From Synechococcaceae cyanobacterium (GTDB lineage: Bacteria; Cyanobacteriota; Cyanobacteriia; PCC-6307; Cyanobiaceae): a stretch of DNA of 64,000 nt. The notes under the pieces were generated by a model. It did no database searches. It was not told the origin of the DNA and saw only the letters and a list, made by a program, of their open reading frames with translations. The stretch spans positions 30,728-94,727 of the forward strand of contig JAYKJA010000008.1 of NCBI GenBank assembly GCA_035285905.1, read 5' to 3'. Positions 1-11,506 of the stretch are shown here, one piece after another; within the stretch, counting starts at the first letter, position 1; every line of letters begins with the position of its first letter. The position numbers and the translations under genes were made by a program.

Positions 1-20
1 TGCAGCTCGATCCCGACGCG

Positions 21-269
21 ATGACCTGCACCCCGGATGTGATCAGTGGCGCCTTCGCCCAGCATCTGCGTCCCTGGGCGGATCAGCCGCCAGCGGTGCT
101 GGCCCAGCTGCGAGAGCTGCAGGGCGGCATGACCCGCGCCACGATTCAGCGCTGCCTCAGCCAGGGGCGTCTGAGCCCCGACCAGGCCGCTGCCCTGGAG
201 AAGGAACTGGGCCTGAGCAGCAACCCCGCGGCAGCGAGCGACAGCGCTCAGCCGTCCGTGCGGCCATAG
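21..269 (+). CDS. hypothetical protein (start may lie upstream of the window)
   Basis: 82-aa ORF with host-like codon usage, converging on and overlapping the dipeptidase stop; no recognisable motif. Confidence 0.45.
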   Translation: MTCTPDVISGAFAQHLRPWADQPPAVLAQLRELQGGMTRATIQRCLSQGRLSPDQAAALEKELGLSSNPAAASDSAQPSVRP

Positions 270-949
270 ACCGCCAGGGGAGCGCCGCTGGCCCAGGCCC
301 AGAGCTGGTCCCCATGGCTGAAGTGCCACCATTCATGCGGGTGACGGATGAAGCCGGCTTCCACCATCACAGCGGCCAGCAACTGCCGTCGCTGATGCCA
401 GAGCGCCGCGTCCCCCGCGGGATCCTCGGCCGCCGCCCGGGCATGGTGATCCGGCTCCGACACCGGCCCCAGGGCGTCGATCTCTCCCCCCATGGCCAGG
501 GGCTGACCGAGGGCGTCGGCCAGGGTCAGATCCACCGCGGCGCCGGTGCTGTGGGGAGGCGGAGTGCCCGGATCCTCGCTGGGATCAGCCCAGAACCGGG
601 CCACCAGATCACGCACCTCCTGCAGTGCCGTCCCCTCGTGGGCCGGGTCGAGGCCCCTCCGGCGGCACTCCTCGGCGAGGCTGTGCTGCACCATGAAGCG
701 CTGCACAGCCACAGGACGCCACCCATCGAAGATCGCCAGCCGAGCTTCCGGCTGCTGCTTGCGCAGGAGGTCCTGGGCCCGCAGCAGCCGCGTCACCACC
801 CCGCTGCGCAGGCGGAAGGGGCAGCCCCCTTCGCCATAGGGCGCCCCGAGCGCCTGGTAGGGGTGAGGCTGCAACCGCTGCAACGCTTCCGGCAGGGGCT
901 GCAGGGACTCTCCGTTGTCCTGGATCGGCTGACTGGACCAGGGGCGCAT
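248..949 (-). CDS. ddpX: D-alanyl-D-alanine dipeptidase (peptidase M15D, VanX/DdpX family)
   Basis: FDGWRP, PPPHSTGAAVDLTL and EWWHFS zinc-ligand motifs. Confidence 0.9.
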   Translation of the reverse strand: MRPWSSQPIQDNGESLQPLPEALQRLQPHPYQALGAPYGEGGCPFRLRSGVVTRLLRAQDLLRKQQPEARLAIFDGWRPVAVQRFMVQHSLAEECRRRGLDPAHEGTALQEVRDLVARFWADPSEDPGTPPPHSTGAAVDLTLADALGQPLAMGGEIDALGPVSEPDHHARAAAEDPAGDAALWHQRRQLLAAVMVEAGFIRHPHEWWHFSHGDQLWAWASGAPLAVYGRTDG

Positions 950-989
950 GGGTGGGGTGCGGCTGGCCGGATTCTCAACCGGGACGTCC

Positions 990-3566
990 TCAGTTGAGCC
1001 TGGCGGCCTCCAGGGTTCGCCGCCGCTGCTCCTGCAGAGCCTGCAGCAGCCCGGGGTGACGCTGCAGGGAAGGATCCCGGGCCAGCAGGTCCCGGGCCAC
1101 CTGCCGGGCTTCCTCCAGCACCTCCCCGTCGTCCGCCAGGCTGGCCAGGGCCAGATCGGGCAGCCCCGACTGGCGGGTTCCCAGCACCTGACCCGGACCG
1201 CGCAGCCTCAGATCCATCTCGGCGATCTCGAACCCGTCGTGACTGCGGACCAGCACCTCGAGCCGCTGGCGGGCCGCCGCCGCCTCTCCGGCGTGAATCA
1301 GCAGGCAGTGGGAGGCCGCCGCACCCCGCCCGACACGGCCTCGCAGCTGGTGCAGCTGGGCCAGCCCGAAGCGCTCCGCATGGTCGATCACCATCACACT
1401 TGCTTCGGGCACATCCACCCCCACCTCCACCACCGTGGTGGAGACAAGCACCTGGGTCTCACCGCAGGCGAAGGCCGCGATCGCCCGCTGCTTCTCCTCG
1501 CTGCTGAGCCGCCCATGCAGCAGGCCGACCCGCAGATCGGGGAAGACGCTCTCGGCCAGATCGCGATGTTCCGTCACCGCGGAGCGGAGTTCCAGCTTCT
1601 CGGACTCCTCCACCAGAGGCAGCACCACATAGGCCCGCTGGCCCCGGGCCACCTCCTGGCGGATCAGCTGCCAGGCCTGGTCCCGTTCGCCGGCACGCAG
1701 CAGGCGGGTCTGCACCGGCAATCGCCCGGGGGGCAGGGCGTCGATCTGGCTGAGATCGAGATCGCCGTGGATCGACAGGGCCAGGGTCCGGGGGATGGGG
1801 GTGGCGGTCATCGTCAGCAGATGGGGCTGGAGGCCCTTGGCCAGCAGGCGGTTGCGCTGATGCACCCCAAAGCGGTGCTGTTCATCGACCACCACCAGGC
1901 CCAGGCGCTGGAACTGAACCGGATCCTCCAGCAGCGCATGGGTGCCGACGAGCAGCTGCAGCTGACCGTTGATCAGATCCGCCAGCACTTCCCGGCGGCG
2001 GCGCGGCGGCGTGGAGCCGGTCAGCAGGGCGCTGCTGACATGCAGCTGCGGCAACCATTCGGCGAAGCGACGGGCATGCTGCTCCGCCAGCACCTCGGTG
2101 GGAGCCAGCAGGGCCCCCTGGCAGCCGCACTGGATCGCCACCAGCAAGGCCGCCAGGGCGACGACGGTCTTGCCGCTGCCCACATCGCCCTGCAACAGTC
2201 GCGCCATGGGCTGCTCCCGTCCCATGTCCGCGCGGATTTCGGCGAGCACCCGCTCCTGGGCCTCGGTGAGGCGGAAGGGCAGGGCGTCCAGGAAGGCGGC
2301 GAGCAGATCCCGGTCCGGATCGGCAGGGGGCAAGGCGGGGGCCGTTCGTCCCTGCCACTGCTGGCGCCGCATGCCGAGGGCCAGCTGCAGCAGCAGGAAC
2401 TCATCGAACACCAGCCGGTGGCGGGCCTGCTGCAGGCTGTCGCGATCCTCGGGTCGGTGCAGCTGCCGCAGCGACTCTGCTCGGGTGGGCAGGGAGCGGC
2501 TCTGGCGCAGGGCCTGGGGCAGCGGTTCACCCCAGCCATCGAGATGGGGGAGCACGCTGCGGATCGCCCGTTGCAGGCGTTCGGAGGTCAGTCCCTCGGT
2601 GAGCGCGTAGACGGGGACCAGCCGGCCGATCTGCTCGGAGCGGACGGCGGAGCCCGGCCCCTGCAGCACCTCCAGCAGGGGATCCCGGAAACAGGGACCA
2701 TGGGGCCCCTCACGCACCAGTCCACTGGCGGCGATGGTGGCTCCCGCCGGGTAGAGGCGCTGCTGGCTGTGCAACCAGGCGGGGCTGGCGAAGCGACGGC
2801 CGGCGAAGAACTGACTGACCCGCAGCCGACCGCTGCTGTCCTGCAGCTGCAGCTCCAGGATCGCCAGATTCGGATTGCGTGGACTGCGGAAGACGTGGCA
2901 GCGGCGCACGGTGGCCACGATCGTGGCGGTGCGTCCTGGGGTCAGCTCGGCGATGCGCACCAGATGGGCGTAGTCGAGGTAATCGCGCGGGTAGTGGTGG
3001 ATCAGATCCCGGGCCAGCAGCAGCCCGAGGGCCGCCAGACGGGTGGCGGTCCTGGGCCCCACCCCGGGCAGCTCGGCCAGCGGTGTCTCCGGCGAGATCG
3101 GTGTCGAGGGGGCCTGCGGGCCACGTCCGCTGCCATCGCCCGCCGCCTGGGACAGGGGCAGCAGTTTCAGCCGTGGGGCCGGGGGGGGCGCGTCGGGGCG
3201 ATGCCGCCGGCAGAGGCCGTGCAGCTCCTGCCGCAGCCGCACCACCAGCGCGCGACGGCGAGCTTCCGCCAGGCTTCCATAGGCGGCAAAGGAGCTTGCA
3301 AGCGCCTGCAGCCTGTCGCGATCATCGACGGGCAGGGCCTCGGGCAGCTGCTGCAGACTCCGCAGAATGAAGGCGCTGTAGGTGCCGGTGCGCCCCTGCA
3401 GATCGGCGAAGCCGCGGTCACTCTCCAGCTGGCTGGCCTGCTGCAGGGTTGCCGCCCAACCCTCGAGCTGCCGCAGCGCGTCCTTGGGGTCCGCCGGGGA
3501 CTGCGGCTGAGGCTGCAGCGAGCTCAGGGGCTGCCGGGGCGATGGCGTTGGATGTCCTGCAACCAC
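990..3566 (-). CDS. recG: ATP-dependent DNA helicase RecG
   Basis: RLLQGDVGSGKT, DEQHRFG, MTATPIPRTL, QLHQLRGRVGR; wedge domain YPRDY; start uncertain. Confidence 0.97.
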   Translation of the reverse strand: MVAGHPTPSPRQPLSSLQPQPQSPADPKDALRQLEGWAATLQQASQLESDRGFADLQGRTGTYSAFILRSLQQLPEALPVDDRDRLQALASSFAAYGSLAEARRRALVVRLRQELHGLCRRHRPDAPPPAPRLKLLPLSQAAGDGSGRGPQAPSTPISPETPLAELPGVGPRTATRLAALGLLLARDLIHHYPRDYLDYAHLVRIAELTPGRTATIVATVRRCHVFRSPRNPNLAILELQLQDSSGRLRVSQFFAGRRFASPAWLHSQQRLYPAGATIAASGLVREGPHGPCFRDPLLEVLQGPGSAVRSEQIGRLVPVYALTEGLTSERLQRAIRSVLPHLDGWGEPLPQALRQSRSLPTRAESLRQLHRPEDRDSLQQARHRLVFDEFLLLQLALGMRRQQWQGRTAPALPPADPDRDLLAAFLDALPFRLTEAQERVLAEIRADMGREQPMARLLQGDVGSGKTVVALAALLVAIQCGCQGALLAPTEVLAEQHARRFAEWLPQLHVSSALLTGSTPPRRRREVLADLINGQLQLLVGTHALLEDPVQFQRLGLVVVDEQHRFGVHQRNRLLAKGLQPHLLTMTATPIPRTLALSIHGDLDLSQIDALPPGRLPVQTRLLRAGERDQAWQLIRQEVARGQRAYVVLPLVEESEKLELRSAVTEHRDLAESVFPDLRVGLLHGRLSSEEKQRAIAAFACGETQVLVSTTVVEVGVDVPEASVMVIDHAERFGLAQLHQLRGRVGRGAAASHCLLIHAGEAAAARQRLEVLVRSHDGFEIAEMDLRLRGPGQVLGTRQSGLPDLALASLADDGEVLEEARQVARDLLARDPSLQRHPGLLQALQEQRRRTLEAARLN

Positions 3567-4843
3567 AGCGATGCGGCCTCCTGGACCCGCAGATGGCGCT
3601 GCAGGCGGACATAAAGCCCCGCCATTCTGCGCAACTCCTGCAGATGCTGGTGCAGCCGTCGGCGGCAGGTGCGCAGCCTCGGGTTCTCGGCCTCCAGGTC
3701 GGCCCGACGCAGCAGCAGGGCGTGGCTGTGCAGCTGCGGGCCACCGGCATCGCCCAGCAACGGCAGCTGCAGCCTGAGCAGGTTGGGGGGAGCGGCCTGA
3801 GAGTCGATCCGGCCGGAAAGCACCGCATCCAGCAGGCTCACGGGCAGCAGGCTTGAGCTGAGGCCATGGCGCAGCAGCAGCCCGTTGACGCTGTGGCTGA
3901 GATCGCGCAGACGACGGGTCAGGGCCCGCTCGAAACCCTCCAGCCAGAGCAGCAGCTGGGAGGGATCGCGGGGCAGGGTGCCGTCCTGCCAGGGTCCGGG
4001 CAATGTCGGCGCGGCGAGGTCGCTGGCGGCACCGGTCAGAGCGGAGGGCCAGCCGTCCAGGTCCTCGTCGGACTCCACTGAGGATCCGTCGTCGTCAGAC
4101 GGCTCGTCATGGCCGGGTGGCGGGGGGCTGCCGGTCGCGAACAGACCGATGGAATCCTGCAGCCGTCCCTCTTCCCTGAACGCGGCGACCAGTCGTTCCA
4201 GGCCTGACGCATCGTTGTGGTTCCGGTCACCGGCCGTGGCGTCGTCGCTCGAGAAAGGCTGCAGAGGGTCCTCGAGGAGGTCATCGTCCTCGTCGTCATG
4301 CTCAGGGGCGTCGCCCATCTCTTCGGGGCCGGGAGTGGGCCAGATCCAGCCAGCACCGCCCTGGCCCAGAGGAAGATCGAAACCCAGCTCGACCGACCCT
4401 TCCGGCAGCGGCCCTCGGGGCATGGACCGCCCGGGCTGGACAGGTTCATCGGCGGTGGGGGGGCCTGCCGGCGTGCCGCGTCCGAGGTCCTGCAGCCAGC
4501 GCAGACGCTTCAGCTGCATCTGGTGTTGCTGCTCAGCGCTGAGTCGTGCCGCCAGGTGGGACAGCTGCTCGACGGTGAGCAGGCTTGTGCACCGTCTCAC
4601 GAGCTGGTCCAGACGCATGTGCAGCTGGGCCCGACTCAGCGAGGGCAGTGCCGCGTAACGGTCGGGATGAACCTGGGTGGCCAGATGGAAGCAGGCCTGA
4701 TCCACCGCAGCAGGAAGATCCTGGCGCAGAACCTGAAGGTAGAGCGCCAGGTGGCGGTAGAGCTGCGGATTGCTGGCATCGAGCTGCTGACGCAGCTCGG
4801 CCAGACGTCCGATCAGGTCACTGGGTTCAGCGAGTTCCCGCAC
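3524..4843 (-). CDS. hypothetical protein with acidic low-complexity middle
   Basis: 439-aa ORF co-oriented between tsf and recG; helical ends, D/E/P-rich centre. Confidence 0.75.
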   Translation of the reverse strand: MRELAEPSDLIGRLAELRQQLDASNPQLYRHLALYLQVLRQDLPAAVDQACFHLATQVHPDRYAALPSLSRAQLHMRLDQLVRRCTSLLTVEQLSHLAARLSAEQQHQMQLKRLRWLQDLGRGTPAGPPTADEPVQPGRSMPRGPLPEGSVELGFDLPLGQGGAGWIWPTPGPEEMGDAPEHDDEDDDLLEDPLQPFSSDDATAGDRNHNDASGLERLVAAFREEGRLQDSIGLFATGSPPPPGHDEPSDDDGSSVESDEDLDGWPSALTGAASDLAAPTLPGPWQDGTLPRDPSQLLLWLEGFERALTRRLRDLSHSVNGLLLRHGLSSSLLPVSLLDAVLSGRIDSQAAPPNLLRLQLPLLGDAGGPQLHSHALLLRRADLEAENPRLRTCRRRLHQHLQELRRMAGLYVRLQRHLRVQEAASLWLQDIQRHRPGSP

Positions 4844-4875
4844 AGCACTGGGGGAGAACGGAGGTGACTCCGGGC

Positions 4876-5535
4876 TCAGGCTCCCTTGCCCATGGACGCC
4901 ACTTCGGTGGCGAAATCAACCTTCTGGACCTCAATGCCCTCCCCGAGGTTGAAACGGCTGAAACGCCGCACGCGGATGTTCTCACCGGTCTTGCCAGCGG
5001 CCTGCTTCACCATCTCGCCCACGGTGATCGCGTTGTCGCGGATGAAGGGCTGCTCCAGCAAGGCCAGCTCCTTGAGACGCTTGGCGATGCGTCCCTCCAC
5101 GATCTTGGCCTTCATCTCCTCCTTCTTGCCCGCCAGGTCATCGCGTCCCATCTCGATCGCCTTCTCACGTTCGACCACGTCCTGAGGAATCTCCTCGGTG
5201 CTGACGTAATCGACATTGGGGCAGGCGGCAATCTGCATGGCCACGTTGCGCACCAGCTCCTGGAACAGTTCGCCGCGGGCAACGAAATCGGTCTCGCAGT
5301 TGACCTCCACCAGCACTCCAACACGACCACCGGTGTGGATGTAGCTGCCGATGGTGCCTTCGGCAGCGGTGCGACCGGCCTTCTTCTCTGCGCTGGCGAT
5401 GCCTTTCTTGCGCAGCCACTCAATGGCCTTTTCGGTGTCGCCCTTGGTTTCTGCCAGCGCTTTCTTGCAGTCCATCATGCCTGCGCCTGTCTTGTCGCGC
5501 AGTTCCTTGACGAGCTTGGCGGAAATCTCAGCCAT
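4876..5535 (-). CDS. tsf: translation elongation factor Ts (short cyanobacterial form)
   Basis: [30 protein letters not shown]; follows rpsB. Confidence 0.99.
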   Translation of the reverse strand: MAEISAKLVKELRDKTGAGMMDCKKALAETKGDTEKAIEWLRKKGIASAEKKAGRTAAEGTIGSYIHTGGRVGVLVEVNCETDFVARGELFQELVRNVAMQIAACPNVDYVSTEEIPQDVVEREKAIEMGRDDLAGKKEEMKAKIVEGRIAKRLKELALLEQPFIRDNAITVGEMVKQAAGKTGENIRVRRFSRFNLGEGIEVQKVDFATEVASMGKGA

Positions 5536-5658
5536 GGGTGGGGGAGCAGTCTGGGGGGGAGGTGTTTGGTTCAGAACGGGCCGCAGGCCCCGGTGACTCG
5601 CCGGTTGGAGGAGACCCGGGGCTGGCAGCGGCTGGAAGGGAGAGGGGATCGCGGAGGG

Positions 5659-6372
5659 TCAACCCTCGTCGTCGCCACCACGTTCCTGGGCGCCATGGCG
5701 TCCCTCGTTGATCGCGTCCGCGAGGCGTCCGAGTACCAGCTGCACCGAACGGACCGCGTCGTCGTTGCAGGGGATCGGCACGTCGCAGAGATCGGGATCG
5801 CAGTTGGTGTCGAGCATCGAGACCAGGGGGATGTCCAGCTTGCGGGCTTCAAGCACGGCGTTGGTCTCCCGACGCTGGTCGACGAGGATCACGACATCGG
5901 GCAGACGACGCATGTTCTTGAGACCGCCCAGATACTTCTGCAGGCGATCGAGTTCACGGCGCAGGACAGCGGCTTCCTTCTTGGGGCGCATGGCGATCGC
6001 TCCGGAGGATTCCATCCGCTCCAGATCCTTGAGGCGATCGATGCGGGCCCGCATCGTCGTCCAGTTGGTGAGCATGCCGCCCAGCCAGCGCTGGTTGACA
6101 TACGCCGCTCCACAACGGCTGGCTTCCTGGGCGATCACCTCGGAAGCCTGCTTCTTGGTGCCCACGAACAGGAAGCGCTTGCCGCTGCGGGCCGCGTTGC
6201 GCGTCCATTTGTAGGCGTTGTTCATGCAGACCGCGGTCTGCACGAGATCAATGATGTGGACCCCGTTGCGGGCACAGTAGATGTACCGGGACATCTTGGG
6301 GTTCCAGCGCCTGGTCTGGTGCCCGAAGTGGGCACCGGCCTCCATCATTTCGGCGAGGGTGACGACAGCCAT
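5659..6372 (-). CDS. rpsB: 30S ribosomal protein S2
   Basis: [28 protein letters not shown]; ATG at 6372 chosen over the longer ORF. Confidence 0.99.
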   Translation of the reverse strand: MAVVTLAEMMEAGAHFGHQTRRWNPKMSRYIYCARNGVHIIDLVQTAVCMNNAYKWTRNAARSGKRFLFVGTKKQASEVIAQEASRCGAAYVNQRWLGGMLTNWTTMRARIDRLKDLERMESSGAIAMRPKKEAAVLRRELDRLQKYLGGLKNMRRLPDVVILVDQRRETNAVLEARKLDIPLVSMLDTNCDPDLCDVPIPCNDDAVRSVQLVLGRLADAINEGRHGAQERGGDDEG

Positions 6373-6585
6373 GGGGGAGAGTTTCGGGTTGGCCACCACC
6401 TGGCAGGGACCACGCCGTTCTGAAACGACCGGTGTGCACCCCTGTCTGGTGGGGGCATGGGACCTCCACGGCAGGGAGCACGGGCGCCGAGGGGCGCCGG
6501 TACCGAAGGCGGATTGAAGTCCGGCCCAGTGATCACCCGAAACGCGCAGGTGTGCGGTGTCTGGTGTACCGGGCCAACCTAACAA
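6373..6585 (-). promoter_or_regulatory. rpsB promoter and structured S2 autoregulatory 5' leader
   Basis: Minus strand: TGtTAGGTT extended -10 (6577-6585); 5' CACACCTG and TTTCGGGT can pair with 3' CAGGTGGTG and ACCCGAAA just before the ATG, as in rpsB leaders. Confidence 0.7.
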
Positions 6586-6608
6586 ACGGGATGTCCCGCC
6601 TTGATGTC

Positions 6609-7541
6609 TCAGGCCAGCCCGGCCCGGCGCGCCTCCGCCTGCAGCACCCTCACGCCAAGACGATTGAGAGGCAGCCGCAGGATCTCCATGGCAAGGCGGG
6701 CCTGGCCGCGACGGATCAACCAGGCCAGCAGGGGGCGGAGCGAGCGTTCGTTGAGCAGCCCACCGAGGGTCAGCAGTTCCCACAGCAGGCGATGGAGCCA
6801 GGTGAACTGAATGATGAAGCGGACCCGGCGGGTGGGGTGCTTGCGGTAAAACAACAGCCCCATCCGCGCCCGCTCCTGCTCGACCCGGATCAGGTCGGGG
6901 ATCTGGTCCAGGCTGAGGGGCGGGTGCCAGTGGTAGCCCACCGCCTCAGGGCAGCGGATCAGCCGGACTCCCATCTGCCTGAGCCGCTCTCCCAGCTCCA
7001 GATCCTCCCAGCCGTCGAGGCGGAAGCTGGTGTCGAACAGGCCGGATCGCTCCAGCACCCGCCGGTCGATCGCCACGTTGCCGGTGGCGAAGTAGGCCCA
7101 GGAGAGATCGCTGAGCTTGTGAGGTTCGCTGGTGGGGGCCTCGAAGTTGGCGGTGTTGATCACCGCCCCGTAGGTGAAGCAGAGCCGGTTGCCCTGCTGC
7201 TGCCAGGCGGTCTGCAGGGCCGTGGCGTGACTGAGCAGGAAGCGATCGGTCACCACGAGATCGCTGTCGATGAACACGATCACGTCTCCCCGGGACTCAT
7301 CCACACCCCGGTTGCGCCCCTCGGCCGGTCCCCCGTGCTCCTGGCGGATCAGGCGGACGTGGGGACAGGACGTCGCATGGGCGTCGAGCCAGCGGACGGT
7401 GTCGTCAGTCGACCCGTCGTCGACGACCACCACCTCATAGCCCTGGATCGGCGGCTCAAGCCGCTGCTGCTCCAGGGCTGCCAGGCACTGCCTCAGGATC
7501 GGCAGGCGGTTGTAGGTGGGAATGACGACACTGAAGAACAT
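6609..7541 (-). CDS. glycosyltransferase family 2
   Basis: [23 protein letters not shown] (DxD), GWEDLEL. Confidence 0.93.
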   Translation of the reverse strand: MFFSVVIPTYNRLPILRQCLAALEQQRLEPPIQGYEVVVVDDGSTDDTVRWLDAHATSCPHVRLIRQEHGGPAEGRNRGVDESRGDVIVFIDSDLVVTDRFLLSHATALQTAWQQQGNRLCFTYGAVINTANFEAPTSEPHKLSDLSWAYFATGNVAIDRRVLERSGLFDTSFRLDGWEDLELGERLRQMGVRLIRCPEAVGYHWHPPLSLDQIPDLIRVEQERARMGLLFYRKHPTRRVRFIIQFTWLHRLLWELLTLGGLLNERSLRPLLAWLIRRGQARLAMEILRLPLNRLGVRVLQAEARRAGLA

Positions 7542-7621
7542 GACAGGGGCGCAGAAAGCTGATCCGACAGGGCGTCAGCGTGGCGTCGCGGCCTGCCATT
7601 GAATGCGCGAACGTGGGTGAT

Positions 7622-7653
7622 CGGGTGAGGTGTCGCAGCGACCGCCTCACCCG
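7622..7653 (-). terminator. GC-rich hairpin after the small basic ORF
   Basis: cgggtgagg..gtcgc / gcgac..cctcacccg inverted repeat about 10 nt past the stop; no clear U-tract. Confidence 0.5.
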
Positions 7654-7663
7654 GAGCCCGGGA

Positions 7664-7819
7664 TCAGTCAGCGGCGCCGCCGTTGTTGGCCGTTCCGGTG
7701 ACGCCGTTGCCAGCTCCCTCACCGCGACCGTCGTTGCGCAGCTTGCGCTTCTTGAACTTACGGGCGTAGGCGCGGTTGCGTTCCTGCTTTTCCTTCTTGA
7801 GATTCCTGCGTTTGGCCAT
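7664..7819 (-). CDS. small, highly basic 51-aa protein (not in the ORF track)
   Basis: Hand-translated MAKRRNLKKEKQERNRAYARKFKKRKLRNDGRGEGAGNGVTGTANNGGAAD*; biased codons (AAG, CGC, AAC); TAGGCT -10 at 7854-7859; downstream hairpin. Confidence 0.85.
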   Translation of the reverse strand: MAKRRNLKKEKQERNRAYARKFKKRKLRNDGRGEGAGNGVTGTANNGGAAD

Positions 7820-7856
7820 GCGTGAGAGTGTCTGCCGGAAAGGGAGAGTCTTCAGC

Positions 7857-8627
<771 letters not shown>

Positions 8628-8639
8628 CGGCAGGGCGAC

Positions 8640-9809
8640 TCAGAAGATTTCGGCCGGATCGGCATCGGCCAGCTTGCGCATCGCCAGGCCGGCGGAGGCC
8701 ATGCACATCACCAGGATCATCGCGAACACGACGATGGAACGCTCAAGATTCATGCCCACGGGCAGGCGCGTGCCGCTGCGCACCAGGGCATAGAGCCCCT
8801 GCCCGGCGAGCCAGGCCGGCACATAACCCAGCACGGCCAGCAGCAAGCCCTCCCGAGCCACGACACCGAGCAGGGTCTTGAGGCGATAGCCCATGGCCAT
8901 CAGGGTGGCGTATTCAGGCAGGTGATCGCTGACATCGGAATACAGAATCTGATAGACGATCACGCAGCCCACGATGAACCCCATCGCGGCCCCCAGGGTG
9001 AAGATGAAGCCGATGGCAGTGCTGCTGCGCCAATAGCCCTTCTCGAATTCTTCGAATTCGGTCTTGGTGAACACGCGCACATCATCGGGCAGCTTCTGCG
9101 CCAGACGGACAGCCACCCGGGCCGGGTCCTCGCCCGGATTGAGGCGGATCAGGCCCAGCTCGATGCTGCCGGGGGGCGTGCCCGGTGCCAGGCGCAGGAA
9201 GGTTTCGTCGCTGGTGAGCATGTTGCCGTCCGCTCCGAACGAGGGACCGAGATTCACCAGCTCCGCCACCCTCACCCGCACCCCCGCCACCTCGGACTCG
9301 ACGGTGCGTCCCTGCCGGAACCACTCGGCGACGGGACCGAACTCGGGCCGGGAACGCTCATCGAACAGCACCCGTCCCTGCTGGCGGAGCAGGGGGGCCT
9401 TCCGCTCCATCGCCGGATCCTGCAGCAGCGGATCCCCCGGCTCGAATCCCAGGGTGAGAATCGAACGGGTGCGGCGGGTGAGCGGATTCCGCCAGAGCAA
9501 CAGCTTCCAGTGGACGGGCGTGATCCCCGCCACCGCCGGATCGGCCATGGCCTGCACCAGGCGTCGTCTGGGGAATCCGGCCATGCCGATGGAGCTCATC
9601 GTGCGCGGGCTGACCAGCACCAGATCGGCTGCGAAGCGGCGGTGGACGGTGACGCTGGCATCGAACAGCCCGTCACGGAAGCCCAGCTGCATGAACATCA
9701 GGATCCCGGCGAAGGCGATGCCCGCCAGGGCGACCGCCAGGCGCATCGGCTGGCGGGTCAGCAGCAGCCAGGCCAGCGGGATCCCTCTGGACTGCCAGAA
9801 CCCGCTCAT
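8640..9809 (-). CDS. devC: DevC-family ABC exporter permease
   Basis: AGIAFAGILMFMQLGF, YQILYSDVSDHLPEYATL, KLADADPAEIF. Confidence 0.93.
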   Translation of the reverse strand: MSGFWQSRGIPLAWLLLTRQPMRLAVALAGIAFAGILMFMQLGFRDGLFDASVTVHRRFAADLVLVSPRTMSSIGMAGFPRRRLVQAMADPAVAGITPVHWKLLLWRNPLTRRTRSILTLGFEPGDPLLQDPAMERKAPLLRQQGRVLFDERSRPEFGPVAEWFRQGRTVESEVAGVRVRVAELVNLGPSFGADGNMLTSDETFLRLAPGTPPGSIELGLIRLNPGEDPARVAVRLAQKLPDDVRVFTKTEFEEFEKGYWRSSTAIGFIFTLGAAMGFIVGCVIVYQILYSDVSDHLPEYATLMAMGYRLKTLLGVVAREGLLLAVLGYVPAWLAGQGLYALVRSGTRLPVGMNLERSIVVFAMILVMCMASAGLAMRKLADADPAEIF

Positions 9810-10837
9810 GGGTCGATCTTGCCGATCACCTTCAGACCGGTGAGGTTGCGGACCCTCTCGGCCGAACCGGCATCGAGACGCACTCTCACCTCGACGATGC
9901 GCGCATCCGCATCGCCGCTGGGATCGGTGGACAGCACCTCCCGCTGGCGCACCTGGGGGCTGATGCGGCTCACCACACCCTGCAGCCGGCCGTTGAATCC
10001 TCCGTTCTCGCTGCTGAGACTGACGCTCTGCCCTAGGCGCACCCGACCGATGTCGCTTTCATAGACCTCCAGCACCGCCTCCATGCGGTGGCTGGCGCCC
10101 AGCTCCAGGATCCCCTTGTCTCCCGGCCGCTCACCCACCCTGGCGTGGATCCTCAGCACGGTGCCGTCCAGGGGAGCCCGCAGCACGGTCTCGCGCAGAT
10201 CCGTCTCCACCTTGAATCGCTGCGCCTGGGCATCCTGCAGTTCCCCCTGCAGGGCCAGGAACTGCTGCTCGCGCCGATCCAGTTCGTCGATCGAGACGGC
10301 CCCGGCGCTGCCGAGGCTGCGGTAGCGCGCCAGTTCCCGGCCTTCCACCCGCAGCTGACGCTGCAGATTGGCGATGCGCACCTGCAGGCGGGTGCGCTCG
10401 GCCATCAGGGACGGACCGCTGTCAAAGGTGGCCAGAAGCTGGCCACGGCTCACGGCCTGCCCCTCCGCCACCAGCAGCCGGGACAGACGCGGGCTTCCTC
10501 CGATGCCGACGATCGGAGCGGCAAGACGGTGGATGTCACCGGCGGGATCCAGGCGTCCGAGCGCGGCCACTTTGGTCTCGCGGCTGGCCGGCAGGGCCGC
10601 AGGGGCAGGACCGGCCGGAGCGGGACGCCTGGCCCCCGGCTTCAGTCCGAAGGCCACGACGGCCGCCGTGAGTCCCGCGAGGGCCAGGACCGCCAGGATC
10701 AGGGGGCGACGGGATCGTCGAACAGCAGCTCCTCGATGTAGCGGTCCGCCCAGGACGGGCTGAAGGCCTTCTCCAGCACGCGGCGGGTCTTGTCGTTCCG
10801 TTTCTGTTGCTTGCAATAGTGAAGCTGCCCCTGCCAT
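9806..10837 (-). CDS. devB: DevB/HlyD-family membrane fusion protein
   Basis: N-terminal [11 protein letters not shown], lipoyl-like halves, [16 protein letters not shown]; true start probably near the pcyA stop (about 10700), uncertain. Confidence 0.88.
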   Translation of the reverse strand: MAGAASLLQATETERQDPPRAGEGLQPVLGGPLHRGAAVRRSRRPLILAVLALAGLTAAVVAFGLKPGARRPAPAGPAPAALPASRETKVAALGRLDPAGDIHRLAAPIVGIGGSPRLSRLLVAEGQAVSRGQLLATFDSGPSLMAERTRLQVRIANLQRQLRVEGRELARYRSLGSAGAVSIDELDRREQQFLALQGELQDAQAQRFKVETDLRETVLRAPLDGTVLRIHARVGERPGDKGILELGASHRMEAVLEVYESDIGRVRLGQSVSLSSENGGFNGRLQGVVSRISPQVRQREVLSTDPSGDADARIVEVRVRLDAGSAERVRNLTGLKVIGKIDP

Positions 10838-11433
10838 CGGCTCACCGTAGCCGGATGGTCCGGCGCCTGAGGTTGCAGGGTTTCCAGGGCCTCCGCCAGC
10901 ACCGCCAGCAGCACGCCGACCTCCTCCACGAAGCGCCGTTCCTCCTCCTCGCCGGCAGGCCGCACGAACAGCACGTGGGGGGAGAAGATGCTGCCCCAGT
11001 CCGGCAGGGACCTGACCTCGCTGAACGGAAAGCGCCCATGGGCCGACAGGGCGGCGGAGATCCCCTCCGGCAGCGTGCCGCTGACGGGGGACAGATCGGC
11101 GATCGCCGCGGAGACGCCGGCGCGGCTGGCGACGATGTCGGCCCCGAAGATGGGCAGATCGAAGCGGGGATCCGGGAACAGCACGCAGTGCAGGATCTGC
11201 AGCCCGGCCCCCAGCCGCGCCGTCTCCAGATGCAGCTTGCGCAGGCCGCGGCAGCGCATCACCTCATTGCGGATGAACAGCGCCTCACCGTCCAGGCTGC
11301 CGCTGATCGCTTCCAGCTCCGCATCGATGGCCAGCGGCTCCAGCTCCGGCAGATCCCGCCAGGCCTCGCGGATGCGCTGGGCAAGGGAATCCACCAGCGG
11401 ATGGATGCCGCCGCTCACGGGGGTCTGGGTCAT
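10699..11433 (-). CDS. pcyA: phycocyanobilin:ferredoxin oxidoreductase
   Basis: [46 protein letters not shown]. Confidence 0.96.
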   Translation of the reverse strand: MTQTPVSGGIHPLVDSLAQRIREAWRDLPELEPLAIDAELEAISGSLDGEALFIRNEVMRCRGLRKLHLETARLGAGLQILHCVLFPDPRFDLPIFGADIVASRAGVSAAIADLSPVSGTLPEGISAALSAHGRFPFSEVRSLPDWGSIFSPHVLFVRPAGEEEERRFVEEVGVLLAVLAEALETLQPQAPDHPATVSRWQGQLHYCKQQKRNDKTRRVLEKAFSPSWADRYIEELLFDDPVAP

Positions 11434-11506
11434 CGCGGCCCAACTGCCAGCAGAATGGCGATCCTGCCATCTTTCCGTGAGCTCTCCTCCTGGTTGTTGC
11501 GGGCCG

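Noticed and set aside
948-3614. Long ORFs antisense to real genes (also 8445-10064, 23606-25015, 31835-34000, 41645-43873, 47479-50631, 58586-61084)
   Set aside because: Shadow frames produced by high-GC codon bias; no motifs. Only the 3' end of 58586-61084 (DUF3288) is credible
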